Notes under the pieces: generated by a model
The model's input: the letters and a program-made list of their open reading frames with translations, nothing else
What the model was told of the DNA's origin: nothing
The model's database searches: none
Program-made: the position numbers and the translations under genes
In this document: positions 44,785-54,953 of the stretch, in pieces
Layout of the letters: each line of letters begins with the position of its first letter
Position numbering within the stretch: position 1 is the first letter of the stretch
Origin: Bacteriovoracia bacterium
Lineage (GTDB): Bacteria > Bdellovibrionota > Bacteriovoracia > Bacteriovoracales > Bacteriovoracaceae
Assembly (NCBI GenBank): GCA_046570105.1
Contig: JBKHVI010000009.1
Coordinates: 1 to 64,000 of the forward strand
Reading direction: 5' to 3'
DNA: 64,000 nucleotides

Positions 44785-45766
44785 TTTCTTCTTCCTCGCA
44801 CTCTTTCTCTTGCCTGGTTTGGTTCATGCCAAGCTTGTTGGGAAAGTTCATGCCGTGAAAGGAGAGTCGTTTGCACTTATCGACGGTAAAACCCAGCGTC
44901 TGGTTAAAGACATGGATATCGCGGATGGTGCGCAATTGATGGTGAGTGACGACTCACAAGTTACAATTGGTGATTTTTATGATCGCCGTTTTCATCTTCT
45001 AGGTGGCTCACATTTTGTTATGAGTGATCGTTCGCATGTGTTGCAGAAAGGTGGTCTATGGTCACAGGCGCATGCCTCAAAGGCGAGTGTCAGTGTGAGT
45101 ACTGCTAATCTTCTCATGAATGCTTATCAAGCCGAATACATCGTGACTTACGATCCTATTAGCAAGAAAGGTCAGTTGAGTGTGATCAACGGTGAAGTCG
45201 ATGTGGCGAGTCCGATGGAGCCAGCTTTCCGTTATGCGATTGTGGCCGGTCAATTCACGACAGCTCACCCTGAAGTTGATGAAGGCTATCCTCGTGCCCC
45301 AACGAAATTGGGTCAGGATTCACTCATGAAAATGGTCGCTCAGTTCCCAGGCATCAAGTCTTGGGATGCCGGTGTTGCCCATGTGCAAACGCAAAAAGCC
45401 GCTCGAGGGATTGCTTCGGCCCAGGAATCTAGTCCCAAGGCGGGCGAAATTATCTATATGAAGACCTATCAAGGTGCCCAAAGAGTACCTGCTTCGGCCT
45501 CAGGTGAGGCCCAGAAGTACTACTTGAAGCTTCGCTCAAAGCCAGTGAAGCAAGGAACTGTCGCTAAAGTTAGGGTACTAGGTTATCAAGAGGTTACAAA
45601 AACGACCTCGCGCAACCCTGCGTCAGCAGGCAAAGCCCAAACTAAAGATGCTCAGAAAAGCGTCAAGAGTTCGGAATTTCTTAAGTCTTACGAGGTACAT
45701 CAGCAGAAACAGCCGGTGTATTCTAAAGAAGTGCAAAGATTAATTGACGATCTTAAGAGCTACTAA
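44753..45766 (+). CDS. Secreted FecR-like domain protein
   Basis: Signal peptide; GKV..VKG, LQKGGLW, LSVINGEVDV; several R-x-[PI]-A-S motifs. Confidence 0.6.
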   Translation: MKTSITNSKNSFFFLALFLLPGLVHAKLVGKVHAVKGESFALIDGKTQRLVKDMDIADGAQLMVSDDSQVTIGDFYDRRFHLLGGSHFVMSDRSHVLQKGGLWSQAHASKASVSVSTANLLMNAYQAEYIVTYDPISKKGQLSVINGEVDVASPMEPAFRYAIVAGQFTTAHPEVDEGYPRAPTKLGQDSLMKMVAQFPGIKSWDAGVAHVQTQKAARGIASAQESSPKAGEIIYMKTYQGAQRVPASASGEAQKYYLKLRSKPVKQGTVAKVRVLGYQEVTKTTSRNPASAGKAQTKDAQKSVKSSEFLKSYEVHQQKQPVYSKEVQRLIDDLKSY

Positions 45767-45928
45767 ATATCGTACTGGTATTTGACACCCCAAACACTCT
45801 TCAGCAAAACTGAAGAGTATCAACCACTTCCCAGTCTTAAAGTCCTCTTTTCAATCTCAAGATAACTTCAGTTAACGCCTTTCCCTAACTTTGTTTAGAA
45901 TGAGCCTTAAGACAAAGGGAGACGTGTT

Positions 45929-46591
45929 ATGCACGTGACTATTATCGACGACAACAGAGATGTGCTCGAGACCTATAAAACGGCTCTCGAGGGCAAGTTT
46001 AGTTGTGAAACATTTTTCGAACCAGAGCGCGCGATTGATTTTGTTAAACACAATCACACTGATGCGGTCTTGTTGGATTTACATATTCCACAGAAAGATG
46101 GTTTTCAAGTTTACGAAGAAATCCGTCGTGCTAAAAGTTTTGTCCCTATTCTCTTCTTAACCGGTGACGGAACATTACCAGCGAAACTTCGTGGTCTTGA
46201 AATGGGTGTTGATGATTTCATCACGAAGCCTGTTGAGATCGAAGAGTTGGCTGCGCGTATTCGCAATCGTGTTCAATTGACGAAGAAAAATTTCCATTTG
46301 AATAAAACGATTCAGTTTAAAGACCTGGTGATTGATCTCGATGCTCATCAAGTCATGCAAGGTGGTCACCCGGTGAAGCTCACCCCTAAAGAGTACCAGT
46401 TGCTCTTGGTGCTGGCGCAGAACCCGAATCGCGTGATTCACAAGGACGACCTTCTAACGATGTTGTGGAAAGATGTGCATGTTGAGGTCAATAACCTTGA
46501 TACTCACTTCTCTAATCTTCGCCGTAAGCTCAAACCGTTCTCAAACCACGTCAAAACCCTGAAAAATTTAGGGTATGTGCTCCGCATATAG
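45929..46591 (+). CDS. OmpR-family response regulator
   Basis: IIDD, LLDL, FLT, DDFITKP, LTPKEYQLL, NLRRKL, T..NLGY. Confidence 0.93.
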   Translation: MHVTIIDDNRDVLETYKTALEGKFSCETFFEPERAIDFVKHNHTDAVLLDLHIPQKDGFQVYEEIRRAKSFVPILFLTGDGTLPAKLRGLEMGVDDFITKPVEIEELAARIRNRVQLTKKNFHLNKTIQFKDLVIDLDAHQVMQGGHPVKLTPKEYQLLLVLAQNPNRVIHKDDLLTMLWKDVHVEVNNLDTHFSNLRRKLKPFSNHVKTLKNLGYVLRI

Positions 46592-46670
46592 GGAATAAGC
46601 TCCCTTTCTCTTGCTAAAGCCTCTCTGAATGGCCATAACTTTAAGGCATATCACTTCAAAGGGTATGCCC

Positions 46671-48134
46671 ATGTTTTATTCCCAAACAGATGCTTTAACT
46701 TATGACGACGTTTTGTTGGTGCCCGGCTATTCCGAGGTTCTGCCATCAGACGTTGACCTCAAATCTCGCTTCTCGCGCAACATTACGGTGAATCTACCGA
46801 TCGTCTCTTCGGCGATGGATACTGTCACAGAATCTCGCACGGCGATTGTCATGGCCCAAGAAGGTGGCCTCGGTGTGATTCATAAAAACTTCAAGCCCGA
46901 CGAACAGGCCTTTGAAGTTGAGAAAGTAAAAAAATACGAATCGGGCATGGTGGTTGATCCATTTACTGCCCACCCTGATCAAACACTTTCAACCGTGTTT
47001 GATATGATGAAAAAATATAAGATCAGCGGCTTCCCAGTGGTCGATGATCAAAAACGCTTAGTCGGAATGATCACCAATCGTGATCTGCGTTTCCAAAACG
47101 ATGGCTCGAAAAAAGTTCGTGATGTCATGACCGCGAAAGACATCATCACCACTCACGAAGGCACAAGCTTCGAAGACGCTAAAAAAGTTCTGCAAGAACA
47201 TCGCATCGAAAAACTTCCCGTCGTTGATAAGAGCGGAGTCTTAAAAGGGCTCATCACTGTCAGCGATATCGAAAAAACCATTCAGTATCCGAACTCCAAC
47301 AAAGATGCCCTTGGGCGTTTGCGTGTGGCCGCTGCCATGGGAGTGGGTGATAAAGAACTCAAACGCGCTGAACTGCTTATTAAAGCTGGAGTTGATGCTC
47401 TGGTGATTGATACGGCTCATGGACACTCAAAAGGTGTCATTGAAATGGTGAAGCTCGTTAAAGCCATGAGCAAAACAGTGGATGTGGTCGCCGGAAACGT
47501 CGCCACTGCGAAAGCTTGTGAGGATCTCATCAAGGCCGGCGTCGATGGTATCAAAATCGGTATCGGTCCAGGTTCAATTTGTACCACTCGCGTAATCGCT
47601 GGGATTGGTGTTCCACAAATGCAAGCTCTCTTGGATTCTCGTGAAGTGTGCGAGAAGGCGGGCGTTCCATTTATCGCTGATGGTGGCATTAAGTATTCTG
47701 GTGACATCGTTAAGGCCCTTGCTAGCGGTGCCGGCTGTGTGATGATCGGCTCGCTCTTTGCTGGCACTGATGAAGCTCCCGGTGAGATGGTCTTGTATCA
47801 AGGTCGCGCTTATAAAATTTATCGCGGCATGGGTTCAATGGGCGCCATGGAGCGTGGCTCGAAAGATCGCTACGGCCAAGGGGCGGTAGAAGAAGTTTCA
47901 AAACTTGTTCCAGAAGGCATTGAAGGCCAAGTTCCTTACCGTGGTCCACTCTCGCAAAACTTATTCCAGCTCGCTGGTGGTATTCGCGCAGGTATGGGCT
48001 ATGTCGGCTCGAAAGATATCAAAGAGCTGAGAGAAAAAGCGCGCTTCCTACGTATTACGGGGGCCTCTCTCAAAGAGAGTCATCCTCATGATATTACCAT
48101 CACGAAAGAAGCTCCTAACTATCGCCAGTCATAA
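46671..48134 (+). CDS. guaB: IMP dehydrogenase
   Basis: [41 protein letters not shown] pair. Confidence 0.98.
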   Translation: MFYSQTDALTYDDVLLVPGYSEVLPSDVDLKSRFSRNITVNLPIVSSAMDTVTESRTAIVMAQEGGLGVIHKNFKPDEQAFEVEKVKKYESGMVVDPFTAHPDQTLSTVFDMMKKYKISGFPVVDDQKRLVGMITNRDLRFQNDGSKKVRDVMTAKDIITTHEGTSFEDAKKVLQEHRIEKLPVVDKSGVLKGLITVSDIEKTIQYPNSNKDALGRLRVAAAMGVGDKELKRAELLIKAGVDALVIDTAHGHSKGVIEMVKLVKAMSKTVDVVAGNVATAKACEDLIKAGVDGIKIGIGPGSICTTRVIAGIGVPQMQALLDSREVCEKAGVPFIADGGIKYSGDIVKALASGAGCVMIGSLFAGTDEAPGEMVLYQGRAYKIYRGMGSMGAMERGSKDRYGQGAVEEVSKLVPEGIEGQVPYRGPLSQNLFQLAGGIRAGMGYVGSKDIKELREKARFLRITGASLKESHPHDITITKEAPNYRQS

Positions 48135-48143
48135 AGGTCAATC

Positions 48144-49685
48144 ATGTCGGTTTGGATTGTTGATTTTGGTTCTCAGTACACGCAACTCATTACGCGTAAA
48201 ATGCGTGAGCTAGGTTTTGCTAGTGAGATCATGACGCTGGAAGAATCGCTTGAGCGGCTTAAAAAAAGTAAACCACGCGCACTCGTCCTCTCTGGTGGAC
48301 CGCAGAGTGTTTTTGAAGACACCACTGATTACTCACCATTTTTTGCCGATCACAAACTTCCTATTTTGGGTGTCTGTTATGGCATGCAGATTCTAGGTCA
48401 GTTCTTCGGCGGCAAGGTGGAGAAGGGTGTGCAAGGTGAATACGGTCCAGCATCTATTCACGGAGTGAATGATTTTAAAATTCCGGGCTGTCCAAGCTCC
48501 CACGATGTGTGGATGAGTCACAGCGATCATGTGGCCGTCACTCCTAAAGAGTTTACCAAGATTTTAGAGAGCCATAACGGTCTGACTGCCGGCATCCAAC
48601 ACAATTCTCGTCCGATACTCGGATTACAGTTTCACCCAGAAGTGCAAAACACTGTTCATGGAAAAGAGATCTTGGGCTATTTCCTCAAGCAAGTGGCGGG
48701 GCTCCAAGAGGACTGGAACGGCCAGGCGATGCTGCAAGGGTGCCTGGATGAAGTCGCCAAAGTCAAAGGCCAGAAAGTGCTCTGCGCTTTTTCTGGTGGA
48801 GTTGATTCTCTCGTGGCGGCCATGCTCACTCATAAAGTCATCGGCACTGATCTCTACTGCTTCTTTGTAGATAATGGTCTCCTTCGTCCGCAAGATCTTC
48901 ACCACATCAAACTTCTTAAAGAGAAAACGCCACTCAATATCGAAATCATCGATGCCAAGGCAGAATTTTTAGGAAATCTTGCTGGCGTGAAAGATCCAGA
49001 AGAGAAGCGAAAAATTATTGGTAAAACCTTTATTGATATTTTCGAGAAGAAAGTGAAGTCCTACGCTGACTCGCATGGGATTCATTTCGATCATCTCTTG
49101 CAGGGAACTCTTTATCCAGATGTGATTGAATCACTTTCACCGCACAAGAAAGGCGGTAAATCTTCAACTATCAAAAGTCATCACAACGTCGGCGGCCTTC
49201 CTGAGCGCATGAAGTTGAAGCTTCTTGAACCTTTGCGCTTTCTTTTTAAAGACGAAGTGCGCGCCATGGGTGAAGAGCTGGGCCTTCCTCATGATTGGGT
49301 TTGGCGCCATCCGTTCCCGGGACCTGGTATCGGTGTGCGCGTCTTAGGTGCCATCGATGAGAAGAGTGTGGTGAAGGTTCAGCTCTCAGATCAAATTCTT
49401 TTTGAAGAACTTAAAAACCATAATCTCTACAGCTCGACTTGGCAGGCGTTCACGGTACTTCTTCCAGTTAAAACGGTGGGAGTGAAAGGTGATGGCCGTG
49501 TTTATGAAGAAGTCATTGCTTTACGCTTAGTGAACTCGCAAGACGGTATGACCGCCACTGTGACTGAGATGCCCTGGAGTGTGCTGGCTAAAATCTCTAG
49601 CCGCATCTGTAACGAAGTCGCCGGCATCACCCGCGTGGTTTACGACCTCACGCCGAAGCCGCCGGGGACGATTGAGTGGGAATGA
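48144..49685 (+). CDS. guaA: GMP synthase
   Basis: DFGSQYTQLI, GVCYGMQ, QFHPEV, SGGVDS, KSHHNVGGLP, KPPGTIEWE. Confidence 0.98.
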   Translation: MSVWIVDFGSQYTQLITRKMRELGFASEIMTLEESLERLKKSKPRALVLSGGPQSVFEDTTDYSPFFADHKLPILGVCYGMQILGQFFGGKVEKGVQGEYGPASIHGVNDFKIPGCPSSHDVWMSHSDHVAVTPKEFTKILESHNGLTAGIQHNSRPILGLQFHPEVQNTVHGKEILGYFLKQVAGLQEDWNGQAMLQGCLDEVAKVKGQKVLCAFSGGVDSLVAAMLTHKVIGTDLYCFFVDNGLLRPQDLHHIKLLKEKTPLNIEIIDAKAEFLGNLAGVKDPEEKRKIIGKTFIDIFEKKVKSYADSHGIHFDHLLQGTLYPDVIESLSPHKKGGKSSTIKSHHNVGGLPERMKLKLLEPLRFLFKDEVRAMGEELGLPHDWVWRHPFPGPGIGVRVLGAIDEKSVVKVQLSDQILFEELKNHNLYSSTWQAFTVLLPVKTVGVKGDGRVYEEVIALRLVNSQDGMTATVTEMPWSVLAKISSRICNEVAGITRVVYDLTPKPPGTIEWE

Positions 49686-49686
49686 A

Positions 49687-50025
49687 CTATCGCGACAGAG
49701 CCCAACCCCAGTCATAATCCAGAGCGAAGGGATTAGTGTCTTTCACGATTTTGTAAGTAATCAGTGTGCGACTTGAGCGTGGAGGAAGAACCTCGATGAA
49801 AGGGTAGCGGTAGGTGAGTTCGACATTTTCAATCCGCTGAATTTGAATCACGACCTTAACGGCATTCTCTGTGGGGTTGATGGCGACAATTCGACTCTCA
49901 TCAGTGAAGACACAAACCTCATCTTTCACCATGCCCGTCGGGCAATTAAGGGCCACTCCCGCAGGGCGCGGAGGCTGAGGCGCCAGTAAAATACTGACAG
50001 TTAAGAATGCGAGCAAAAAACTCAT
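49687..50025 (-). CDS. Small secreted hypothetical protein
   Basis: Hydrophobic N-terminus, beta-rich mature region. Confidence 0.5.
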   Translation of the reverse strand: MSFLLAFLTVSILLAPQPPRPAGVALNCPTGMVKDEVCVFTDESRIVAINPTENAVKVVIQIQRIENVELTYRYPFIEVLPPRSSRTLITYKIVKDTNPFALDYDWGWALSR

Positions 50026-50027
50026 CC

Positions 50028-50687
50028 TTAAATCCTAGCAAGAATTCCGTGGTGGTGAAAGAAAGACCTGACAAGTTTCATCCCATCAGTTTGCACAGAT
50101 TCAACATCAGCCGAGTTATCCATCAAAGCTTCAGTGGAACAAAAGTCGACGGAGGCTTCGGCATGGGGTTGGGAGCCTAAAAAAGGGAGAGTTTTGTGGC
50201 GAATCAAATCAAATCTCAGTCCCACGCCAATTTCTTCCAGTTCAGGTGGCAGAACCTTCACTACCTGGCGATGGCTGACGGCCATTTTAAGAACAGTTCC
50301 GGATTTTAATCCAAACACATCCTGAGTGATTTTAACCTCGCGAGGCCCAGTGAGTTTGGTTTCGTCAGGAGCATAATAATCCACTACGCCTCCAAAGCGC
50401 TGACACATTAACTGATGGCCAAAACACAAACCCAAGACCGGGCGTTTTTCATGGAGCACATTAAAAAGAAAGTCTGCGAGTGGTTGGTGCCAAGGAAGAT
50501 TTTGAAATACATGGGAGGCACTTCCCAACACGATATAGGCGTCGGCCGGTGCCTTCTTAAGCGTTGTTATGCCCTGCAACTGAGGTTGATGGTACTGCAG
50601 CTTTGCATCCAGGCTTTCTACCAAGCGATTAAAGCAGGGAAGAGCGGGGCTCACGATAAACGGATCGATCACAGCTATCTTTTTCAT
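50028..50687 (-). CDS. Class I glutamine amidotransferase-like protein
   Basis: IVLGS, LGLCFGHQLM, SHRQ.V, QPHAE. Confidence 0.85.
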   Translation of the reverse strand: MKKIAVIDPFIVSPALPCFNRLVESLDAKLQYHQPQLQGITTLKKAPADAYIVLGSASHVFQNLPWHQPLADFLFNVLHEKRPVLGLCFGHQLMCQRFGGVVDYYAPDETKLTGPREVKITQDVFGLKSGTVLKMAVSHRQVVKVLPPELEEIGVGLRFDLIRHKTLPFLGSQPHAEASVDFCSTEALMDNSADVESVQTDGMKLVRSFFHHHGILARI

Positions 50688-50745
50688 CTGCCAAAGGCCT
50701 CTTTGAATGTTATGCTCCCGGCCATTGTGCATGAGGAGAAAGGTG

Positions 50746-51114
50746 ATGAAAAGTTCCCTGCTTTTAGTTTTATTCGTGGTCGCTTTTGTGACGGGGTGCA
50801 CCCGTAAGTACACCGACTATGACGTCATCCATAAATTACAATTCCGCGACAATCCAGAAGCTCGCCCGATCGCTCCGGTCATGGCGAAAAGTCATCGTGA
50901 TGATGTGGCCGAATGTTTTGGCCAATGGCTCTTCTTTAATAACGCCGAAAAAGAAAAAGACCGCTATTTGCCGGCCCTCGTGCAAGTGCTGTGTCCGGGC
51001 TCTGAATATCTCTTGGACACCACCATCACTCATCAGTGGTGGACGACGATTGTTTACAGTCGTTCATGTGTGGAAGTGAAGGCCCATTGCCCAGTGAAAA
51101 AACCTAAAAAATGA
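50746..51114 (+). CDS. Cys-rich lipoprotein
   Basis: Lipobox FVTGC; four additional Cys; AGAAAGG SD. Confidence 0.7.
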   Translation: MKSSLLLVLFVVAFVTGCTRKYTDYDVIHKLQFRDNPEARPIAPVMAKSHRDDVAECFGQWLFFNNAEKEKDRYLPALVQVLCPGSEYLLDTTITHQWWTTIVYSRSCVEVKAHCPVKKPKK

Positions 51115-52076
51115 TTCTTGTTCTCGCGCTCATAAGCCTCTTCTCAGCTCACGCTTTTCATCAGGTGGAGGCACACTTAAGTCACCAATCCATTCTCGTT
51201 CGTCTTGATCCGGGCCATGATTTTATCAAGGGTGATCGGGTGGTGATACTGACAAGCTCGAAGCAAGAATTGTCCGCGATAGGCATTGTAAAAGATGTAA
51301 ACAAAGATGAATTTCCACCTACCGCCAAAGTTGAAATTAAAGAATTAATCGGTCGCCAGATGGTGCTGGTAGGCGATCCGGTGGAGCGCCTCACAGAAGA
51401 AGTGCTTGAGCAGTATCATGTCTCGGGCCACATCAGTTTGCTCTTAGGAAAAGACGATGAGATCTCTTCGCGTTTTAAAGAGCTGCCTTACTTAGGAGTC
51501 TTTAACTCCGATGGACACACGCTCGCTAAAGATGAATGGTTAGTGTCGATTCCACAAATTCAATATGGCATTGGCGAAAAATTCACCGTTAAGGTTTTAA
51601 CAGGTCTCTACTTAGATGGTTTTGCCAATATCGGTGGCAAATATAAACTGATGGAGACACAGTGGGGCCATCTCACATTTAACAGTCTAGTCAGTCGACA
51701 AGTCGATCGTTCAGATTGGGCGGTGTTGAGTGGTCTGGTGCTCACGCTTCCATCAAATGAAAAATTTCAATCTCACTTAGTTATCAACGTGCGAGTTGAA
51801 GGAATTGAAGAAGACAATCCTGAAGTCGACAAACTCAATCTCTTCCCGGCGTCTGATATCAGAACCATTTATGAATATGTCACCGACGACTGGGACCGCT
51901 GGTTATTTGGTCCACTTTTTAATTTCGAAACCCAAACCGTCGGCGGCACTCTGAGCCACATGTGGATTTGGGATACATTCCATCTCAATCTCGGTTTTGC
52001 AACGAGCGACGTGAGTGAAGTCGAATTCCGCGAAGACGGCTACTACCTCGTCTTCGACTTTTTCTGGCGCTTCTAA
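51111..52076 (+). CDS. Probable outer-membrane beta-barrel protein
   Basis: Signal peptide, GHTLAKDEW, amphipathic strands, C-terminal FDFFWRF. Confidence 0.65.
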   Translation: MILVLALISLFSAHAFHQVEAHLSHQSILVRLDPGHDFIKGDRVVILTSSKQELSAIGIVKDVNKDEFPPTAKVEIKELIGRQMVLVGDPVERLTEEVLEQYHVSGHISLLLGKDDEISSRFKELPYLGVFNSDGHTLAKDEWLVSIPQIQYGIGEKFTVKVLTGLYLDGFANIGGKYKLMETQWGHLTFNSLVSRQVDRSDWAVLSGLVLTLPSNEKFQSHLVINVRVEGIEEDNPEVDKLNLFPASDIRTIYEYVTDDWDRWLFGPLFNFETQTVGGTLSHMWIWDTFHLNLGFATSDVSEVEFREDGYYLVFDFFWRF

Positions 52077-52096
52077 AAGGTGTCATGCACTTTTTG
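52077..52096. terminator. Short hairpin between convergent genes, possible bidirectional terminator
   Basis: AAAGGTG-TCATG-CACTTTT. Confidence 0.4.
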
Positions 52097-52098
52097 GA

Positions 52099-53103
52099 CT
52101 ACCAGCGATAAAGCGCGCCACCCCAAGCAAAGCCTGAGCCGAAAGCCGCGCTGGCAACTAGAGAGCCTTTTTTGAGCATGCCTTTTTTCTGCGCTTCATA
52201 CATCCCGATAGGGATCGTCGCAGCGGTAGTGTTGCCGTAGTACTGAATGGTGTTTAAGACTTTTTCGGGTGGGATTTTTAATTCCTGTGCCACCATTTCG
52301 TTGATGCGCATGTTGGCCTGGTGAAAGAGAAAGAGATCAACGTCGTTGATGGTGACTTTGTTGTGAGCGAGTGTTTCATGAATGACTTCGGCCATGCGGC
52401 GAATGGCGTGGGCGAAAACTTTTTTGCCATTCATTTTAGGGAAGTGCAGTCCTTCAGCGAGCATCTCCGGTGAAACGCGCTTAGCACCCAGGTTCATACC
52501 AGGGCCTGGAATCCAGAGGTCTTCAGCGAAAGCACCATCGGCGTGAAGATGAGTACTGAGCACGCGTGATGAGTTGTTAACGTCAGTTCTTCTCATGACA
52601 ACAGCACCGGCACCATCTCCGAAAAGAACGGCGATGTCACGGCCATTGTTAGAGAGATCAAGGCCTTTAGATTGGACTTCGGCACCGACTAACAGAACAG
52701 TTTTGTACATGCCACTCTTGATGAATTGATCGGCGATGGAGAGGCCATAGATAAAGCCACTGCAGGCCTGACGGATATCGAGGGCCGCACAGCCTGAGAG
52801 ACCGAGTTTAGTTTGGAGAAAACAAGCGGTGCCAGGAAAGTCGTGATCACCGGAAATAGTAGTGACGATAATGAGATCAATTTCTTCTTTGGAAATTTTC
52901 GCTGCTTCAATGGCCTGCAAGGATGCCTTGAGACCTAGATCACTGGTGGTGGTGTTGGCATCGACCCAGCGGCGCTCTTTGATGCCTGAGCGTTGGGTGA
53001 TCCATTCATCGCTGGTTTCCATCCACTGAGAAAGATCATTGTTAGTGATCACGCGATCTGGAACACACATACCAACAGAAATGATTTCTGAAGCAAAGCT
53101 CAT
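52099..53103 (-). CDS. fabH: 3-oxoacyl-ACP synthase III
   Basis: TSDEWI..RSGIKERR, QACSGF, LFGDGAGA, HQAN, GNTTAATIP, AFGSG. Confidence 0.95.
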   Translation of the reverse strand: MSFASEIISVGMCVPDRVITNNDLSQWMETSDEWITQRSGIKERRWVDANTTTSDLGLKASLQAIEAAKISKEEIDLIIVTTISGDHDFPGTACFLQTKLGLSGCAALDIRQACSGFIYGLSIADQFIKSGMYKTVLLVGAEVQSKGLDLSNNGRDIAVLFGDGAGAVVMRRTDVNNSSRVLSTHLHADGAFAEDLWIPGPGMNLGAKRVSPEMLAEGLHFPKMNGKKVFAHAIRRMAEVIHETLAHNKVTINDVDLFLFHQANMRINEMVAQELKIPPEKVLNTIQYYGNTTAATIPIGMYEAQKKGMLKKGSLVASAAFGSGFAWGGALYRW

Positions 53104-53150
53104 GAGGACTCCTTCCAAGTTAGTACCTAGATTTTAGAGGGAGATCAGGT

Positions 53151-53783
53151 TTAAGCCAAGTAAGGAAGAATAACTCCGACGAGACCACTCAGTTTCACGG
53201 CGAGAAGCCATAAAATGATAGCGAGAGTGCGCTCAATGGGTTTTTGTGCGGCAAGGAAGAGCTGTTGCACTTTAGTTTGGGTGAAAAAGCGGGTCACCAA
53301 GCAGAACCATGCGGCGGTGAGAGTCACCATGAGAAGGACGGCGATGAGACGAATATTAAGATCAATTTCGGGTGTGAGGACGTTGACGAGAAGACTGATG
53401 AAAAAAAGCATCGCTTTAACATTGAGAAGATTGGTGATGAGGCCTTCGCGAAAAGAAGCGAAATTACTTTGTGTCTGTTTTTGCGTTTGCTGTTGAAATT
53501 GAAAAGGGGAGGAGTTCCAGGATTGCCAACCTAAATAAGCGAGATAGATGGCGCCGCCGTACTTAAGGATTTCAAGAAAGAGTGGGAATTTTTCGAGGAG
53601 AAAACTTAAACCTAAAAGACCCCAAGTAAGATGGAAGGCGACACCAGCGGCAAAACCCAAGGCGGTGAAGTAGCCGTCACGGCGTGATTTTCCGAGAGCG
53701 TTGCGGATGATGAGGACGAAGTCGGGACCTGGTGACATGAGTGCCATCAAGTGAGTCAAGGCCACAGTCCAAAGTAGACTCAT
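53151..53783 (-). CDS. LysE/RhtB family exporter
   Basis: MSPGPDF, LKYGGAIYLAYLG, FREGLITNLLNVKAMLFF. Confidence 0.9.
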   Translation of the reverse strand: MSLLWTVALTHLMALMSPGPDFVLIIRNALGKSRRDGYFTALGFAAGVAFHLTWGLLGLSFLLEKFPLFLEILKYGGAIYLAYLGWQSWNSSPFQFQQQTQKQTQSNFASFREGLITNLLNVKAMLFFISLLVNVLTPEIDLNIRLIAVLLMVTLTAAWFCLVTRFFTQTKVQQLFLAAQKPIERTLAIILWLLAVKLSGLVGVILPYLA

Positions 53784-54436
53784 AGATTGAAATCCGCAAA
53801 ACTGGTGATCGCTTGGTGAGTGGTAGGTTGAATGCCATCCCGGAAAACTTGCACAGTTTCTAGGCCCGCAAGTCTGGCAGCATCGAGTTCTTCTTTGATG
53901 TCAGAGAAGAAGATGATTTCGGTTTTGAGTGTTTCTTTGATGGTTTGATAGCTCTTCGCTTCGCGCTTACCACCGACTTTGGTATCAAAATAATTTGAGA
54001 GATGAGCGGTGAGATCTCCTGCTGTTGAAAAACGAAAGAGCAGCTTTTGTGCTGGCACTGAGCCGGAAGAATAGATGGCGAGTTGATGGCCTTGTTTTTT
54101 CCAATTAAGCCAAGCGGGAAGAACGTCAGAGTAAACATGGCCTTTGAATGCACCTGACTCGTAGCCTTTCAGCCAGATTTCACCTTGCAGCGTTTTGAGA
54201 GCACTCTGTTTGCGATCAGTTCTGATCCAAAGTTTAAGCGCCTCGATGACGTCAGTCAGGGAAGCCTGCATATTTCTCTCTTCAAGCAGAGTAACTCTGA
54301 CTTGATTGATGGCAGGATGATGGGAGTTCTCACGCACATAAGTTTCGATGCGCTCGAGGGAATAGGGGAAGAGCACTTTATGGACAAAAGCAATATCAGT
54401 GGTCGTGCCTTCAATATCAAAGAGCAGCGTTTTCAC
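53780..54436 (-). CDS. mtnC: Enolase-phosphatase E1 (acireductone synthase)
   Basis: DIEGTT.I.FVH.VLFPY, LKTLQGEIW, YSSGSVPAQ, FSDI.EELDAA. Confidence 0.95.
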   Translation of the reverse strand: MKTLLFDIEGTTTDIAFVHKVLFPYSLERIETYVRENSHHPAINQVRVTLLEERNMQASLTDVIEALKLWIRTDRKQSALKTLQGEIWLKGYESGAFKGHVYSDVLPAWLNWKKQGHQLAIYSSGSVPAQKLLFRFSTAGDLTAHLSNYFDTKVGGKREAKSYQTIKETLKTEIIFFSDIKEELDAARLAGLETVQVFRDGIQPTTHQAITSFADFNL

Positions 54437-54951
54437 AGGATGTACTTTTTCTCAATGCCTGATTCGGTGTAGCGAGCGACCCAACCTTCTTTGGTCATAA
54501 ACACACGAATAGCCTTGACGTGGTATTTCGGAGCGAGATCAAACCAGTGCTTGTAGCCTTTTGGCACAGAAATAAAATCACCTTTTTGGCAAAGAAGTGA
54601 GAAGACTTCACCGTGGTTAAAGAAAAACTCGCCTTGGCCGTCGACAAAAAAACGTACTTCGTCTTCGTCGTGAGTGTGCTCGGCTAAAAACTTCTTTCTG
54701 ATTTCTTCAATGTTTGGCGTACCTTTATGGACATTGATGACATCGGCGTTGTTGTAACCGTGTTTCGCCATATAGGGACTTAAGGAATGTTGATAGGCTT
54801 CGAGAATGGTTTCTTGATCGTCTTCGTCATTGAGTTCTTTAGAAGATTCCCATTGCTCGAAAATAATCCCACGCTCATTCATGAACTTCTTGATCTCTTT
54901 AACGTCTTTGATCAGTTTATTTTTCTGATCGAGTAGCTTGAGAACCGCCAT
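54433..54951 (-). CDS. mtnD: Acireductone dioxygenase
   Basis: FLAEHTHDEDEVRFFVDG, ISVP...HWFD, GWVA. Confidence 0.95.
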   Translation of the reverse strand: MAVLKLLDQKNKLIKDVKEIKKFMNERGIIFEQWESSKELNDEDDQETILEAYQHSLSPYMAKHGYNNADVINVHKGTPNIEEIRKKFLAEHTHDEDEVRFFVDGQGEFFFNHGEVFSLLCQKGDFISVPKGYKHWFDLAPKYHVKAIRVFMTKEGWVARYTESGIEKKYIL

Positions 54952-54953
54952 GT

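Noticed and set aside
46592..46670. Purine riboswitch before guaB
   Set aside because: Leader too short and lacks the three-way-junction consensus
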